The position numbers were made by a program, and so were the translations under genes. Of a DNA stretch of 64,000 nucleotides, positions 28,043-37,898 are shown piece by piece. Origin of the DNA: Lachnospiraceae bacterium (lineage in GTDB: Bacteria; Bacillota; Clostridia; Lachnospirales; Lachnospiraceae); contig JAILEN010000214.1 of NCBI GenBank assembly GCA_024687655.1, positions 14,523 to 78,522 on the forward strand, in the 5' to 3' direction. Positions within the stretch are counted from its first letter, which is position 1. The number at the start of each line of letters is the position of its first letter. The notes below the pieces were generated by a model that was not told where the DNA came from, did no database searches, and worked only from the letters and a program-made list of their open reading frames with translations.

Positions 28043-29755
28043 ATGGACCCCATAATCGAGTTTAAAGATTATACATTTAAGTACCGGGCGCAAAAAGAGC
28101 CCACACTATACGATATCAACCTGAGTATTTACCCGGGGGAAAAGATACTTATAGTGGGGCAGTCCGGTTCCGGCAAGTCCACCCTGGCACACTGCATCAA
28201 CGCACTTAATCCCTGTGCCTGGGGTGGAGAAAGCACCGGCACACTCCGGGTGGATGGAGATGATCCCGCATCCCTCGGAGTTTTTGGTATGTCAAAAAAG
28301 GTGGGGACTGTGCTCCAGGATACGGACGGCCAGTTCATCGGACTTACCGTGGCGGAGGATATTGCCTTTGCCCTTGAAAATGATGCTGTGCCCCAGGATG
28401 AGATGAAATCAAAGGTGATGGGTACGGCAGAGAAGGTCAGGATGAGCGACTTCCTGTCATCTGCTCCGGGGGAGCTCTCGGGTGGTCAGAAACAGCGGGT
28501 TTCCCTGGGCGGAGTCATGGTGGATGACGTGAAGGTCCTTCTTTTTGACGAGCCACTGGCGAATCTGGACCCTTCCACCGGAAAGCGGACCATAGAGCTT
28601 ATTGATGATATCATGAGGGATGAGGATGTGACGGTGGTTATCATCGAGCATCGTTTGGAGGATGTTCTCCATCGTCCGGTGGACCGGATCATTTTGATGG
28701 AGGGCGGACGTATCGTTGCGGACCAAAAGCCCGATGAGCTTCTGGCATCAGGTATTTTGCCGGAGCATGGCATCAGGGAACCGTTGTATCTGGCTGCCAT
28801 GAGACATGCGGGTGCATCCGTCAGTGCAGACGACAGGCCCTCATCTGTGGCAGATATGGATATTTCCCGCCATGCGGACACCATAAGAGAATGGTTTTTG
28901 CATACGGACAGGGTTGTGCGCAACAAGGGAGAAAAAAAGGTTCTTGAGGTTCGGGATCTTTGCTTTGGTTATGACAGGGAAAAGGCCATTCTTTCCGACA
29001 TCAGCTTTTCCATCCATGAGGGAGAGATGGTCTCTTTAGTAGGAAAAAACGGAGCCGGGAAGTCCACACTTGCATCACTGATATGCGGGTTTTATAAGCC
29101 TGATTCGGGATCTGTTTTATTGGAGGGCTCGGACATCTCACCCCTTTCCATAAAGGAGCGGGGAGAAAAGATAGGCTATGTGATGCAGAGCCCCAATCAG
29201 ATGATCAGTAAGCCCATGATAAGAGATGAGGTGGGGCTGGGGCTTTTGGTCAGGGGAGCGCCCGAGGATGAGATCAACCAAAGGGTGGAGGAGACCCTCA
29301 GGATCTGCGGGCTGTATCCCTTCAGAAACTGGCCGGTTTCAGCGCTGTCCTTCGGTCAGAAAAAACGAGTGAGTATCGCTAGCATCCTGGTGATGAAGCC
29401 CAGGATAATGATATTGGATGAGCCTACTGCAGGCCAGGATTTTGCTCACTATACCGAGATAATGGAGTTTCTCAAAAAACTCAGGGATGAGACGGGACTT
29501 ACCATGATCATGATCACCCATGACATGCATCTCATGCTGGAGTATACCGATCATGCACTGGTGTTGTCGGATGGACATTTGCTCATGGACGATACTCCCG
29601 CCAGAGTGCTTACGGATGACGATATTACCGAGAGGGCTTATCTGAAAAGGACATCCCTGTATGATCTGGCAACGAGCTGTGGCATTGAGCCTCCGAAGGA
29701 TTTTGTGGACAGATTTATTGAGCATGAACGCATGGAAAGGTCGAAAGCAGTATGA
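28043..29755 (+). CDS. ECF transporter fused duplicated ATPase (EcfA1-EcfA2, YkoD-like)
   Basis: Two ABC cassettes: Walker A GQSGSGKST and GKNGAGKST, and signatures LSGGQKQR and LSFGQKKR. Confidence 0.9.
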   Translation: MDPIIEFKDYTFKYRAQKEPTLYDINLSIYPGEKILIVGQSGSGKSTLAHCINALNPCAWGGESTGTLRVDGDDPASLGVFGMSKKVGTVLQDTDGQFIGLTVAEDIAFALENDAVPQDEMKSKVMGTAEKVRMSDFLSSAPGELSGGQKQRVSLGGVMVDDVKVLLFDEPLANLDPSTGKRTIELIDDIMRDEDVTVVIIEHRLEDVLHRPVDRIILMEGGRIVADQKPDELLASGILPEHGIREPLYLAAMRHAGASVSADDRPSSVADMDISRHADTIREWFLHTDRVVRNKGEKKVLEVRDLCFGYDREKAILSDISFSIHEGEMVSLVGKNGAGKSTLASLICGFYKPDSGSVLLEGSDISPLSIKERGEKIGYVMQSPNQMISKPMIRDEVGLGLLVRGAPEDEINQRVEETLRICGLYPFRNWPVSALSFGQKKRVSIASILVMKPRIMILDEPTAGQDFAHYTEIMEFLKKLRDETGLTMIMITHDMHLMLEYTDHALVLSDGHLLMDDTPARVLTDDDITERAYLKRTSLYDLATSCGIEPPKDFVDRFIEHERMERSKAV

Positions 29756-30579
29756 ACCGTCTGATCTCTTATGAAAAAAAGGATACCTTCATACACGGCC
29801 TGAGCGGGTTTTCCAAGCTGGTTTTCTTTATTATATGGTGCATTGTCTCGGCAATGACATTTGACACCCGGGTGCTGGTTGTCATGCTGCTGTTCGGGGC
29901 ATTTATCTATATTGCCAGCGGTACAAAATGGAGGCAGGTTAGCAGCATTTTCAAAGCGGTCATGTTTTTCATGACCGTAAACCTCATATGCATATTTTTC
30001 TTTGCACCCTATCAGGGCTGCGAGATATATGGGACGAGGCACGATCTGGTCCATCTTTTCGGGAACTACAGTATTACCTGTGAGCAGCTTTTTTATGAGT
30101 TAAATGTTTTGATAAAGTACTTTACCGTCATACCGGCTGTCTTTATATTTTTGGTTACTACAGATCCCAGTGAGCTGGCGGCATCCATAAACGGAGTGGG
30201 TGTACCATATTCCATCTCATATTCGGTGGCCATCGCCCTTCGCTACATTCCGGATATCCAGGACGAATTCCGGCGTATCAAAAATGCTCAGGAAGCCAGA
30301 GGGATTGAAATGAGCATCAAGGCGCCGCTGGTGGAGAGGATCAAAAGGATTGCCAGCATCATTTTCCCGCTTCTGTTTTCGACAATGGAGAGGATAGATG
30401 TGGTCAGCAATGCCATGGAGCTTCGTGGCTTTGGCAAAAAAAAGACACGTACCTGGTACTCGAGGAAAAAGCTGGTGGCGGCTGATATCCTGGTGATCGC
30501 CGGGGTGATCGTATTTGCTTTCGTGGCACTTTTCATAACATATTGCGATGGTAACCGATTTTATAATCCTTTTATTTAG
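29752..30579 (+). CDS. ECF transporter T component (CbiQ/EcfT family)
   Basis: 275 aa, multi-TM, with the coupling-helix motif AQEARGIE. It overlaps ecfA by 4 nt. Confidence 0.85.
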   Translation: MNRLISYEKKDTFIHGLSGFSKLVFFIIWCIVSAMTFDTRVLVVMLLFGAFIYIASGTKWRQVSSIFKAVMFFMTVNLICIFFFAPYQGCEIYGTRHDLVHLFGNYSITCEQLFYELNVLIKYFTVIPAVFIFLVTTDPSELAASINGVGVPYSISYSVAIALRYIPDIQDEFRRIKNAQEARGIEMSIKAPLVERIKRIASIIFPLLFSTMERIDVVSNAMELRGFGKKKTRTWYSRKKLVAADILVIAGVIVFAFVALFITYCDGNRFYNPFI

Positions 30580-30795
30580 ATAGAAAGAAGGATAAGGTAA
30601 AGGGCATGCTGTTTGCAGCAACCATCTGCGGAGCGTCAGGAAGCCTGATCGTGATATTATCCATAAATCAATCTAATATAAGTCATAGAATATGAGTCCT
30701 TTCTCTGATATAATTATGATGGATTGGGCTCTTTTGCGTTAGACAGATATTTTCAGGATGAAAAAGATCAATACAATATAGAAGGGAGAAAAGAG

Positions 30796-31095
30796 ATGAC
30801 AGTTACCAAGGAAAAAAACGGCGATGTACTCAATGTAGACATATCGGGAGAACTGGACATAAAGACGGCGCCCTAGCTGAAGGCGGGGCTGGAGGGACAG
30901 CTTGATGATGTGATGGAGGTTTATTTCGACCTGAAGGATTGCCCCTATACCTCATCTGCGGGACTCAGGGTTATTCTGGGTGCGTATCAGGTCCTGGATG
31001 AAAAGGATGGACGCATGGTGCTTAAAAATGTAAATGATGTTTTTATGGATATCCTTTCGGAAACCGGCTTTACCGATTTTTTGGAGATTGAGTAA
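30796..31095 (+). pseudogene. STAS-domain anti-sigma-factor antagonist interrupted by an in-frame TAG
   Basis: ATG 30796 sits behind SD GAAGGGAG. The frame reads MTVTKEKNGDVLNVDISGELDIKTAP-TAG(30874-30876)-LKAGLEGQLDD...DLKDCPYTSSAGLRVIL...FLEIE*. It is a single 100-codon frame, and the conserved phospho-Ser motif is retained. Confidence 0.8.
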
Positions 31096-31220
31096 GCCTC
31101 AGTTATATGATAACTTCCGGGAAGCAGGGAAGAATCCTTTTAAAATGCTGTAATGCTTATGTAATAGGACCGGGAGTATACTTCACGCAAAGATATAACC
31201 ACGGGCACAGGAGGAGACTT

Positions 31221-33296
31221 ATGAAATGGACAAAACAGAAAAATAATAAGAGCGTAGCATTCTTTGCGTATGTCATTGTCATGGCACTTCTTACCGTGTC
31301 ACTGCTGGACGGCAGCGTAGCTTCCCTTGGGACGGTGAAAGCGGCGGGCGGCTCCGGCACAGAGGCATCTCCGTATTTAGTTGATGATTGGACGGAACTT
31401 AGTACGGCATGGTCGAATCCCCCTGGCCAATACGTTACAAATTATATTAAGCTGAATAATGATATACAGGTTCCTTCAAACGCATCGGCCCTATCGGTAG
31501 GAAATTCTAATGATATAGATATAGATTTGAATCAGCATAAGATTGAATATTCCGGATCTGACTCGAATTATACTATATTTGAGGCCGTCGGTGGCTATTA
31601 TTTATATCTGAGTAATGGAACCATAGAAAACTGTAAATTGTATTGCTCAAATTCACGGATATATGTATCAGGCCTGATAGAGTGTAACATTACTTTGGAG
31701 ACGTCTAACGGCTCTAACGCCAGTATATATAAAAAAGGATCACTAGATTCGGGCTCAATAATAAATGTTACAAAAAATCAATCCGGCCAAGTCTACCCCT
31801 TTTATCGGGCCTCCACCAATGGCGAGACCGCCGCAACCATATTTCAAAGTGGTCACGTGGATGTGACGGCAGCTGATGCCGGTTGTTTTACCATAAACGG
31901 GTATGATGTTGCGTTTGTAGATACCTATGCATGGGGCATAACTTCTCCCAGTTCTCCACGTCTCGTGTTGCTTAAAAGAAACATAAATGAAACCCATAAT
32001 GCGTCTATGATACTTCATAAGGAAAGCACCAATACTCGTGGAGATGATGTATACCAGGCGGGTGATCATGTAACAGCAAGTCTTCCCACTATGAATAACC
32101 CAGTCGACCAACCAAGGGATTTTTATTTATTCAGTGACGACCAGCCGGTATATCGATATATATATTGGTATAATCAGCAGGATCTATCGGGATTGTCCTA
32201 TACGTTCCGCACCGAAGATGTTGGGAAAAAACTTCGAGGTGCTTGGGAAGTATATGATGGCAACGGATATTATTACGCCTACTCCGCACTTTCCCCTACT
32301 GTAGAGGCGGCTGGGGCGCCTGCACCGACTCCAACACCGACTCCAACACCGACTCCAACACCGACGCCTACTCCTACTCCAACGCCTGATCCTACTCCGA
32401 CGCCAACTCCGTCATCGGATAGTACTCCGAGCAGTTCTTCGGGCAGCTCATCGAGCAGTTCATCAGGCAGCACCCCGGCGGCCACAAAGGCAACCTCCAC
32501 CTCCTCAGGCGAGACTAAGGTAACGAACAACAAGGGTGAGGCCATATCAAATTCCCTGGTCACCGTAAAGATGACGGACTCCTCCGGAAACACTGTTTCG
32601 AAGCAGGTTCTTACGGATGAGCAGGGTAATATAGCAAAAAAGGAAGTGGTGACTGTATCTCAGGAGGTATCTTCCACCGGAAAGACTACCGAGGTGGGAA
32701 ATCCTACCTGGCAGCCAGTGACGGCACCATATATGACACTCCGGGGTTTACAGATGTTTCAGACATAATGGGACTATCCAGGGGTGAGCTTTCTGAAGCT
32801 GACAAGGTGGTATATATAAAAGAGGATGGTTCCCTGATGCAGGGTGAGAGATTTACCGTTACTACAAAAACCGGTAAGAAGATAATGTATGCGGCGGATG
32901 AGGATTGTAACATTATAAGAAACGGCTTCTTCAATGCGAAGAGATCCGGCGTTACAGATAAGGCAGTTAAAAGCGGTGCCACATATTTTGCGAAGGCGAA
33001 CGGTCAACTGATCACCAATGCACTTTTTACCGTAAAGACTACAAATAACGGTAAAGTAAAGGTAAAGATCAATAAAAAAGGAGCCGGTCCGGCAGAAAAG
33101 CGTTATAATAGACGACAAGAAGCTTTATTTCAGCTTAAAGGGCGCAAAGGGCGGCACTGAGCAAGCACAATATTATGCTACAAAATCCGGAAAACTCGCC
33201 AAGAATCAGTGGGTTAATGTGGGAGTAAAGGATTATTATTGTGGCTCCAGCGGCAAGATCACAAAGTCAAAGAAGCATATTATAAACAATACCTGA
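31221..33296 (+). pseudogene. Secreted surface protein with a Pro/Thr-Ser linker and C-terminal repeat region, broken by two frameshifts
   Basis: Start MKWTKQKNNKSVAFFAYVIVMALL (signal peptide) behind SD AGGAGGA. The frame changes near 32695-32702 (...TTEVG / KSYLAASDGTIYDTPG...). It returns to the original frame near 33074-33100 (...KINKKG / SVIIDDKKLYFSLKG...WVNVGVKDYYCGSSGKI...*). Confidence 0.7.
32316..32480 (+). repeat. Coding tandem repeat: Pro-Thr tract then Ser-rich tract
   Basis: CCGACTCCAACA is repeated perfectly three times (32325-32360) within APAPTPTPTPTPTPTPTPTPTPTPDPTPTPTP, followed by SSDSTPSSSSGSSSSSSSGS. Confidence 0.9.
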
Positions 33297-33322
33297 TTAT
33301 TGTTTGCCGGGGAACGATATCA

Positions 33323-35185
33323 TTGGAGCAAAGGCTATTGAGGACATCGCGTAAAAAAATCAAAACCATCATTTACAAGTGGCTGATCGTAATCCTTATG
33401 ATTTCTTTCGCCGCAGCGGCTGCGCTTGGCTTTTTTTTCCAAAACCTGTTTTCCCGCCGGCAGGCCTTCACCCTCCTTGGAGAGTATATTGATGATTTTC
33501 AGGGGGATTGGGATCCTAATGCTGATCTGAAGATATATGTTGAAGAGTTTTTGGATGATGTGGTGCTTTCGGATCCGGACACCTATAGACAAAACGAAAA
33601 GCTTAAAGGATTAATAGATACTAATGGCGAAATAGTCTCAGAACTTACCGTGATCGATACTGACGGTGTTGTTGTGGCATCATCAAATCCCGATATAATG
33701 GGCAGGAATTTTTTTGAGGATGGAACCACATCCGCCTTTCGTTGTCTTTTTGAGGGTGAAGACTACTATGCCATGGATTATGATCCAAATCCTTTTGCAG
33801 GAGATGACGCACCTGAGCTGGTCTATGCCGGCAGGCCGTTTTTTGACGGATCCGGCATCATACTCATGGGCTTTAACGAAGATATCCGCTGGATCCATAT
33901 CACAGCCGACCTTTATGATAAGGTTTATAACAGTCGTATAGGTGCGACGGGATATCTCCTTGTCTGCCACCCGAATAAGACCATAAACGGGGCGTCCTAT
34001 ACCTCGGGTATAGAGGAGGAGGGTCCTTTTGAGAAACCGGAGCTTTTGCCGGAAAACGATGGTGAGGTAAAAAAGACCGTTACTGAGCTTTACGGTAAAA
34101 AATCATATGTGTCAGCTTTAAGACAGCCGGATTATTATCTTGTAGCGGTCTATCCCGCTAATGAGGCTGACGATCTGAAGGAAAAGAACAACTCTATTTT
34201 CGTGGGACTGATCCTGCTGGTATTTTCCAGTCTTTTTATTGTCCTTATCGCTTTTATCAACAACCATATTATCTCACAGGTTAAAAAGATCCACGGCTCA
34301 CTTAAAAAAATAACAGACGGTGATCTGGATGAGAGGGCCAATGCAGGAGGCTCTGTGGAGTTTTACGATCTTTCGGGAGGTATCAACGATACTGTAGAAA
34401 AACTCGAGGATATGATACAGCAGGCAAAGGATCAGATGGCTGAAGAGCTTATGAATGCCAAGAGGATCCAGGAGTCTGCCGTGCCTCAGAAGTTCCCCGA
34501 AAATGAAGCCTTTGGCATCTATGCCTCCATGAATACCGCCGAAAGTGTGGGCGGGGACTTTTATGATTTCTTCATGTGTGGAGAGGACACCCTGGTTTTT
34601 GCCATAGCTGATGTGTCCGGCAAGGGCATGCCGGCGGCACTGTATATGATGCGGGCCAAAACCCTTATCAGGACCTATGCCATGCAGGGACTTCCGGTGG
34701 AGGAAGTGGCTGCCATGACAAATTAAAAGCTTTGTGAGGATGTGTCCAGGGATATGTTTGTTACCGCATGGATCGGTATGCTGGACCTCAGGACCGGTGT
34801 GATAAACCATGTCCATGCCGGACACACCCCTCCAGTCCGTTTTGGAGGCGATACGGGTTTTGTGAAGCAGAAGATCAACATGGTGCTTGGAGGCCTGAAA
34901 AAGGCCAAATACGTGCGTCAGGAGGTGACTCTTGCGCCGGGGGAGGCCATATATCTCTATACCGACGGCGTCAGCGAAGCCAGAGATGTCTCAGGTAATA
35001 TGTACGGGGAGGAGAGGCTGCTTAGGCTGATAGAGAAAAAGGCCCGGGCTATTGATGTATCAGATAGGAATGAGTATTGTGAGGCGGTATGCCGGCTGGT
35101 CCGTAATGACGTAAAGCAATTTGCCGACGGTGCCGAGCAGTATGATGATATTACCATGCTTTGCTTAAGATATCAAAAACAATGA
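33323..35185 (+). pseudogene. Membrane sensor PP2C (SpoIIE/RsbU-type) phosphatase with HAMP, interrupted by an in-frame TAA
   Basis: TM, extracytoplasmic domain, TM and HAMP (ITDGDLDERA) are followed by PP2C motifs GGDFYDF and ADVSGKGMPAAL. The frame then reads ...AAMTN-TAA(34724-34726)-KLCEDVSRDMFVTAW...HAGHTPP...LYTDGVSEA...YDDITMLCL. Both halves are in the same frame. The start (TTG 33323) is uncertain. Confidence 0.8.
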
Positions 35186-35203
35186 GATAAAGGGGGAAAA
35201 ACT

Positions 35204-36091
35204 ATGAAAAAGAACTTAAGAAACACAGTTGCAATTGTTTTATCACTGATCATGGTGATATCGATCGGATCCACGGCATTTGCGGCAGACTTCAAGTATA
35301 CACATGATCCGATGAAGGATGACAGGGCAAAAAGTGATATTGTAGTTAATTCCAAGGCGGTTTACGGGTACTCACCAAACCCTGAATCTGAGAGGCTCGG
35401 TGAGTTCGCCAAGTATGACTGGAGCGACGAAAGTCTTGTGGCTTCATCCAAGAAGGACAGAGAGGATTATCATGAGAGGGTGGAGTCGGAGCTTCTGACG
35501 TTGCTTGAAAAGGGCAAAAAGAAGGGTAATTCCGTTGAAAAGATAGCACGGACCCTTTCCAGGCGCCGCAACGAAATAAGGCTCGAGGAGGCTGAAGAAG
35601 ACGATAAACTTGCCGAGACCAAAAAGAGCAATCTGGAAAAATACGGTGATGAGAACGGGCCCACACCCGAGTCCCTTTATGAGAAATACGGCTCATGGGA
35701 GATGGTGGCCGCCAAAGCGTTTTCGGTAAATGTAGGCATGGATGTATGCCTGGGGCTCTATGACAAGTATTATGATACCTATGGGGTGATGGACAATCTT
35801 TTTGCAAAGGATGCCAACACATTATCCGTAAAGAAAAAGGTCCTGGATGTAAATGCCGAAAAGCTCTGCGGGTCCGATGTAAAGGTTGGCATAAAGGCAA
35901 AAAATGCCGTTGGAAAGGTGAGCTTCAAGGCAGCTGATGCCGCATCAAAGCAGGCTCTTTCCGTGGATGCCAAAGGGCAGGTTACCGTTAAAAAATGCAC
36001 ACCGGCCGGCACTTATAAGATAAAGGTAACGGCAAAGGGAAATGACTACTATAAGAAAAAAAGTGTCATGGTAAAGATAAGAGTGAAATAG
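35204..36091 (+). CDS. Secreted protein of unknown function with a C-terminal Ig-like region
   Basis: Signal peptide MKKNLRNTVAIVLSLIMVISIGSTAFA and SD GGGGGA. The C-terminus (VSFKAAD...GQVTVKKCTPAGTYKIKVTAKGN) is beta-rich. Confidence 0.65.
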   Translation: MKKNLRNTVAIVLSLIMVISIGSTAFAADFKYTHDPMKDDRAKSDIVVNSKAVYGYSPNPESERLGEFAKYDWSDESLVASSKKDREDYHERVESELLTLLEKGKKKGNSVEKIARTLSRRRNEIRLEEAEEDDKLAETKKSNLEKYGDENGPTPESLYEKYGSWEMVAAKAFSVNVGMDVCLGLYDKYYDTYGVMDNLFAKDANTLSVKKKVLDVNAEKLCGSDVKVGIKAKNAVGKVSFKAADAASKQALSVDAKGQVTVKKCTPAGTYKIKVTAKGNDYYKKKSVMVKIRVK

Positions 36092-36106
36092 AATAGGAGA
36101 GGAAAT

Positions 36107-36394
36107 ATGCAGTTGAACACACTATTGGATAAGATCAAATCGAAATCTGCGGAAGATCCGGTATTTCGGGACAGTTTGCTGTCAGCATACGAGGGAGATG
36201 ACCCCATCGCAGATTTCTGCAGGCTTTGCCAAAATGCGGGGATAGAGATATATCCCATGGATATCGCAGATGCTGATGATAGCGTTTACGCCGCTATGCG
36301 CAGGAGTACAAATGGCGGTGGTGAAAACTCCCCCCACCTGGGATGGGAGGAGGATATCTTCGGCAACTTTATAGCCGACCTTCGCCAGCTGTAA
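36107..36394 (+). CDS. Small protein with an N-terminal Nif11-like domain
   Basis: 95 aa. MQLNTLLDKIKSKSAEDPVFRDSLLSAYEGDDPIADFCRLCQNAGIEIYPMDI follows the Nif11 N-terminal pattern (helix, acidic turn, x-A-x-x-x-G-hydrophobic). A GGG motif precedes the last 25 aa. SD GGAGAGG. Confidence 0.45.
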   Translation: MQLNTLLDKIKSKSAEDPVFRDSLLSAYEGDDPIADFCRLCQNAGIEIYPMDIADADDSVYAAMRRSTNGGGENSPHLGWEEDIFGNFIADLRQL

Positions 36395-36435
36395 GACTGG
36401 GAGAAGAACTAATGGTGAAAAGGAGGGGATAATAC

Positions 36436-37278
36436 ATGCTTGTTAACATGAGCGAGATGCTGAAAAAAGCTAAAGAAGGTCACTATGGGGTCAGCTTTTT
36501 TAATGCAGTAAACGTTGAGATGGCCCGTGCCATAATAGAGACCGCAGAGGAGCTTAATGCGCCGGTTATAGTGGGCACTGCAGAGGTGCTCCTCCCTGCC
36601 ATGGAGCTTAAGCATGTGGCAAAGTATCTCATCCCTATGGCCAGGGAGGCAAGCGTTCCCGTTGCCGTGCATTACGACCATGGACTCACCTTTGAAAGAT
36701 GCATGGAGGCACTGAGCCTGGGGTTTACGTCCATCATGTATGACTGCTCAACCTTGGGATATGAGGATAATCTGAAAAAAGTGGAAGAGATGGTGCGGAT
36801 ATGCCATGGCATGAATGTGACGGTAGAAGGTGAGCTTGGACATGTCGGTGACAATGAGGGAAGCGGGAAGCTTTTGAATCCCAGCGATTATTATACGGAC
36901 CCCGATATGGCATTGGATTATGTTCAAAGGACCGGTGTGGACGCACTTGCCATTGCTGTGGGAAATGCCCATGGTGATTACGCATTCCCGCCCAAACTCG
37001 ACTTTGAAAGGATCGATGTGATATCGAAGAAGACCGGGATACCTCTTGTGCTGCATGGCGGTTCGGGACTTTCGGAATCGGACTTTGAGACAGCGGTCAG
37101 GCTGGGCATCAGTAAGATCAATATATTTACAGACATTGACAAGGCAGGTAAAAGAGGCATAGAAAACGGCCTGAATGCCGGAGCCAGGACCATGATGGAG
37201 CTGATGCCCTATGAAATAGATGAGATGAAAAAAGTGGTAAGGGAAAAGATCACATTGTTTGGTTGTGATAAACTTTAG
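36436..37278 (+). CDS. Class II ketose-bisphosphate (fructose/tagatose-1,6-bisphosphate) aldolase family protein
   Basis: LKKAKEGHYGVSFFNAVNVE, HYDHG, GELGHVG and LVLHGGSG motifs, with SD AAAGGAGGGG. Confidence 0.85.
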   Translation: MLVNMSEMLKKAKEGHYGVSFFNAVNVEMARAIIETAEELNAPVIVGTAEVLLPAMELKHVAKYLIPMAREASVPVAVHYDHGLTFERCMEALSLGFTSIMYDCSTLGYEDNLKKVEEMVRICHGMNVTVEGELGHVGDNEGSGKLLNPSDYYTDPDMALDYVQRTGVDALAIAVGNAHGDYAFPPKLDFERIDVISKKTGIPLVLHGGSGLSESDFETAVRLGISKINIFTDIDKAGKRGIENGLNAGARTMMELMPYEIDEMKKVVREKITLFGCDKL

Positions 37279-37301
37279 AATTTCAGGAAGAGAGGATAAA
37301 A

Positions 37302-37802
37302 ATGAACAGAACACTTATAGTCGTAGATATGCAAAATGATTTTATCGATGGAACTCTTGGCACAAAAGAGGCTGAAAAAATAGTTCCAAAGGTAAAAGAA
37401 AAGATTGATGAGTACATAGGACGGGGTGATGAGGTCATCTATACCAGGGATACCCATCAGACTGATTATCTTACGACAAATGAAGGAAAGCATCTGCCGG
37501 TGGAGCATTGTATAGAGGGAACTCATGGCTGGGAGATAGCAGATGGGGTCTATCGTGAGGGATGCAGGATCATAAACAAACCTGCCTTCGGACATACCGG
37601 GTGGGCTGACCATGAATTTGAGGAGGTGGAGCTGGTGGGGCTCTGTACCGATATATGTGTTATTTCAAATGCCCTTCTGATAAAGGCACTGTTCCCGGAA
37701 ATAAGGGTATGTGTAGATCCCGAGTGCTGTGCGGGGGTAACCCCGGAAAGCCATGAAGCGGCGATCTTGACCATGAAAATGTGCCAGGTTGATATGATTT
37801 GA
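37302..37802 (+). CDS. Isochorismatase-family cysteine hydrolase (nicotinamidase-like)
   Basis: LIVVDMQNDF and the catalytic Cys context LVGLCTDICV. 166 aa. Confidence 0.8.
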   Translation: MNRTLIVVDMQNDFIDGTLGTKEAEKIVPKVKEKIDEYIGRGDEVIYTRDTHQTDYLTTNEGKHLPVEHCIEGTHGWEIADGVYREGCRIINKPAFGHTGWADHEFEEVELVGLCTDICVISNALLIKALFPEIRVCVDPECCAGVTPESHEAAILTMKMCQVDMI

Positions 37803-37898
37803 GCCTGGAGTCAGCTGTGCCAAAATTGACAAAATGGTCAAAAATGAGCGGATTGTCAATTCGATGGCACATTTGCAATCTGGATAACGATATGATAG

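Noticed and set aside
30606-30695. 29-codon hydrophobic ORF (MLFAATICGASGSLIVILSINQSNISHRI) after ecfT
   Set aside because: It has only a weak SD (AAGG) and no supporting promoter or conservation evidence available here. It is indistinguishable from a chance ORF.
30874-30876. Pyrrolysine (or other recoding) as the explanation for the in-frame TAG
   Set aside because: No pylS, pylC, pylD or tRNA-Pyl is in the window. The only PylB-like radical SAM (23865-24914) matches HydE motif for motif. The neighbouring phosphatase gene is interrupted by TAA rather than TAG, and all other genes use stops conventionally.
31096-31220. Possible c-di-GMP-I (GEMM) riboswitch upstream of the surface-protein gene, because of CACGCAAAGATATAACCACGGGCAC
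   Set aside because: Only the ACGCAAAG...CGGG fragment resembles the motif. The first GGCAAAC-type tetraloop-receptor half and the expected helices are absent, and the spacing is wrong.
32316-32411. Short tandem repeats (CCGACTCCAACA x3 and variants) as a possible CRISPR or non-coding array
   Set aside because: The repeats are contiguous without spacers and in frame. They encode a Pro-Thr linker inside a secreted protein, so this is a coding low-complexity tract.
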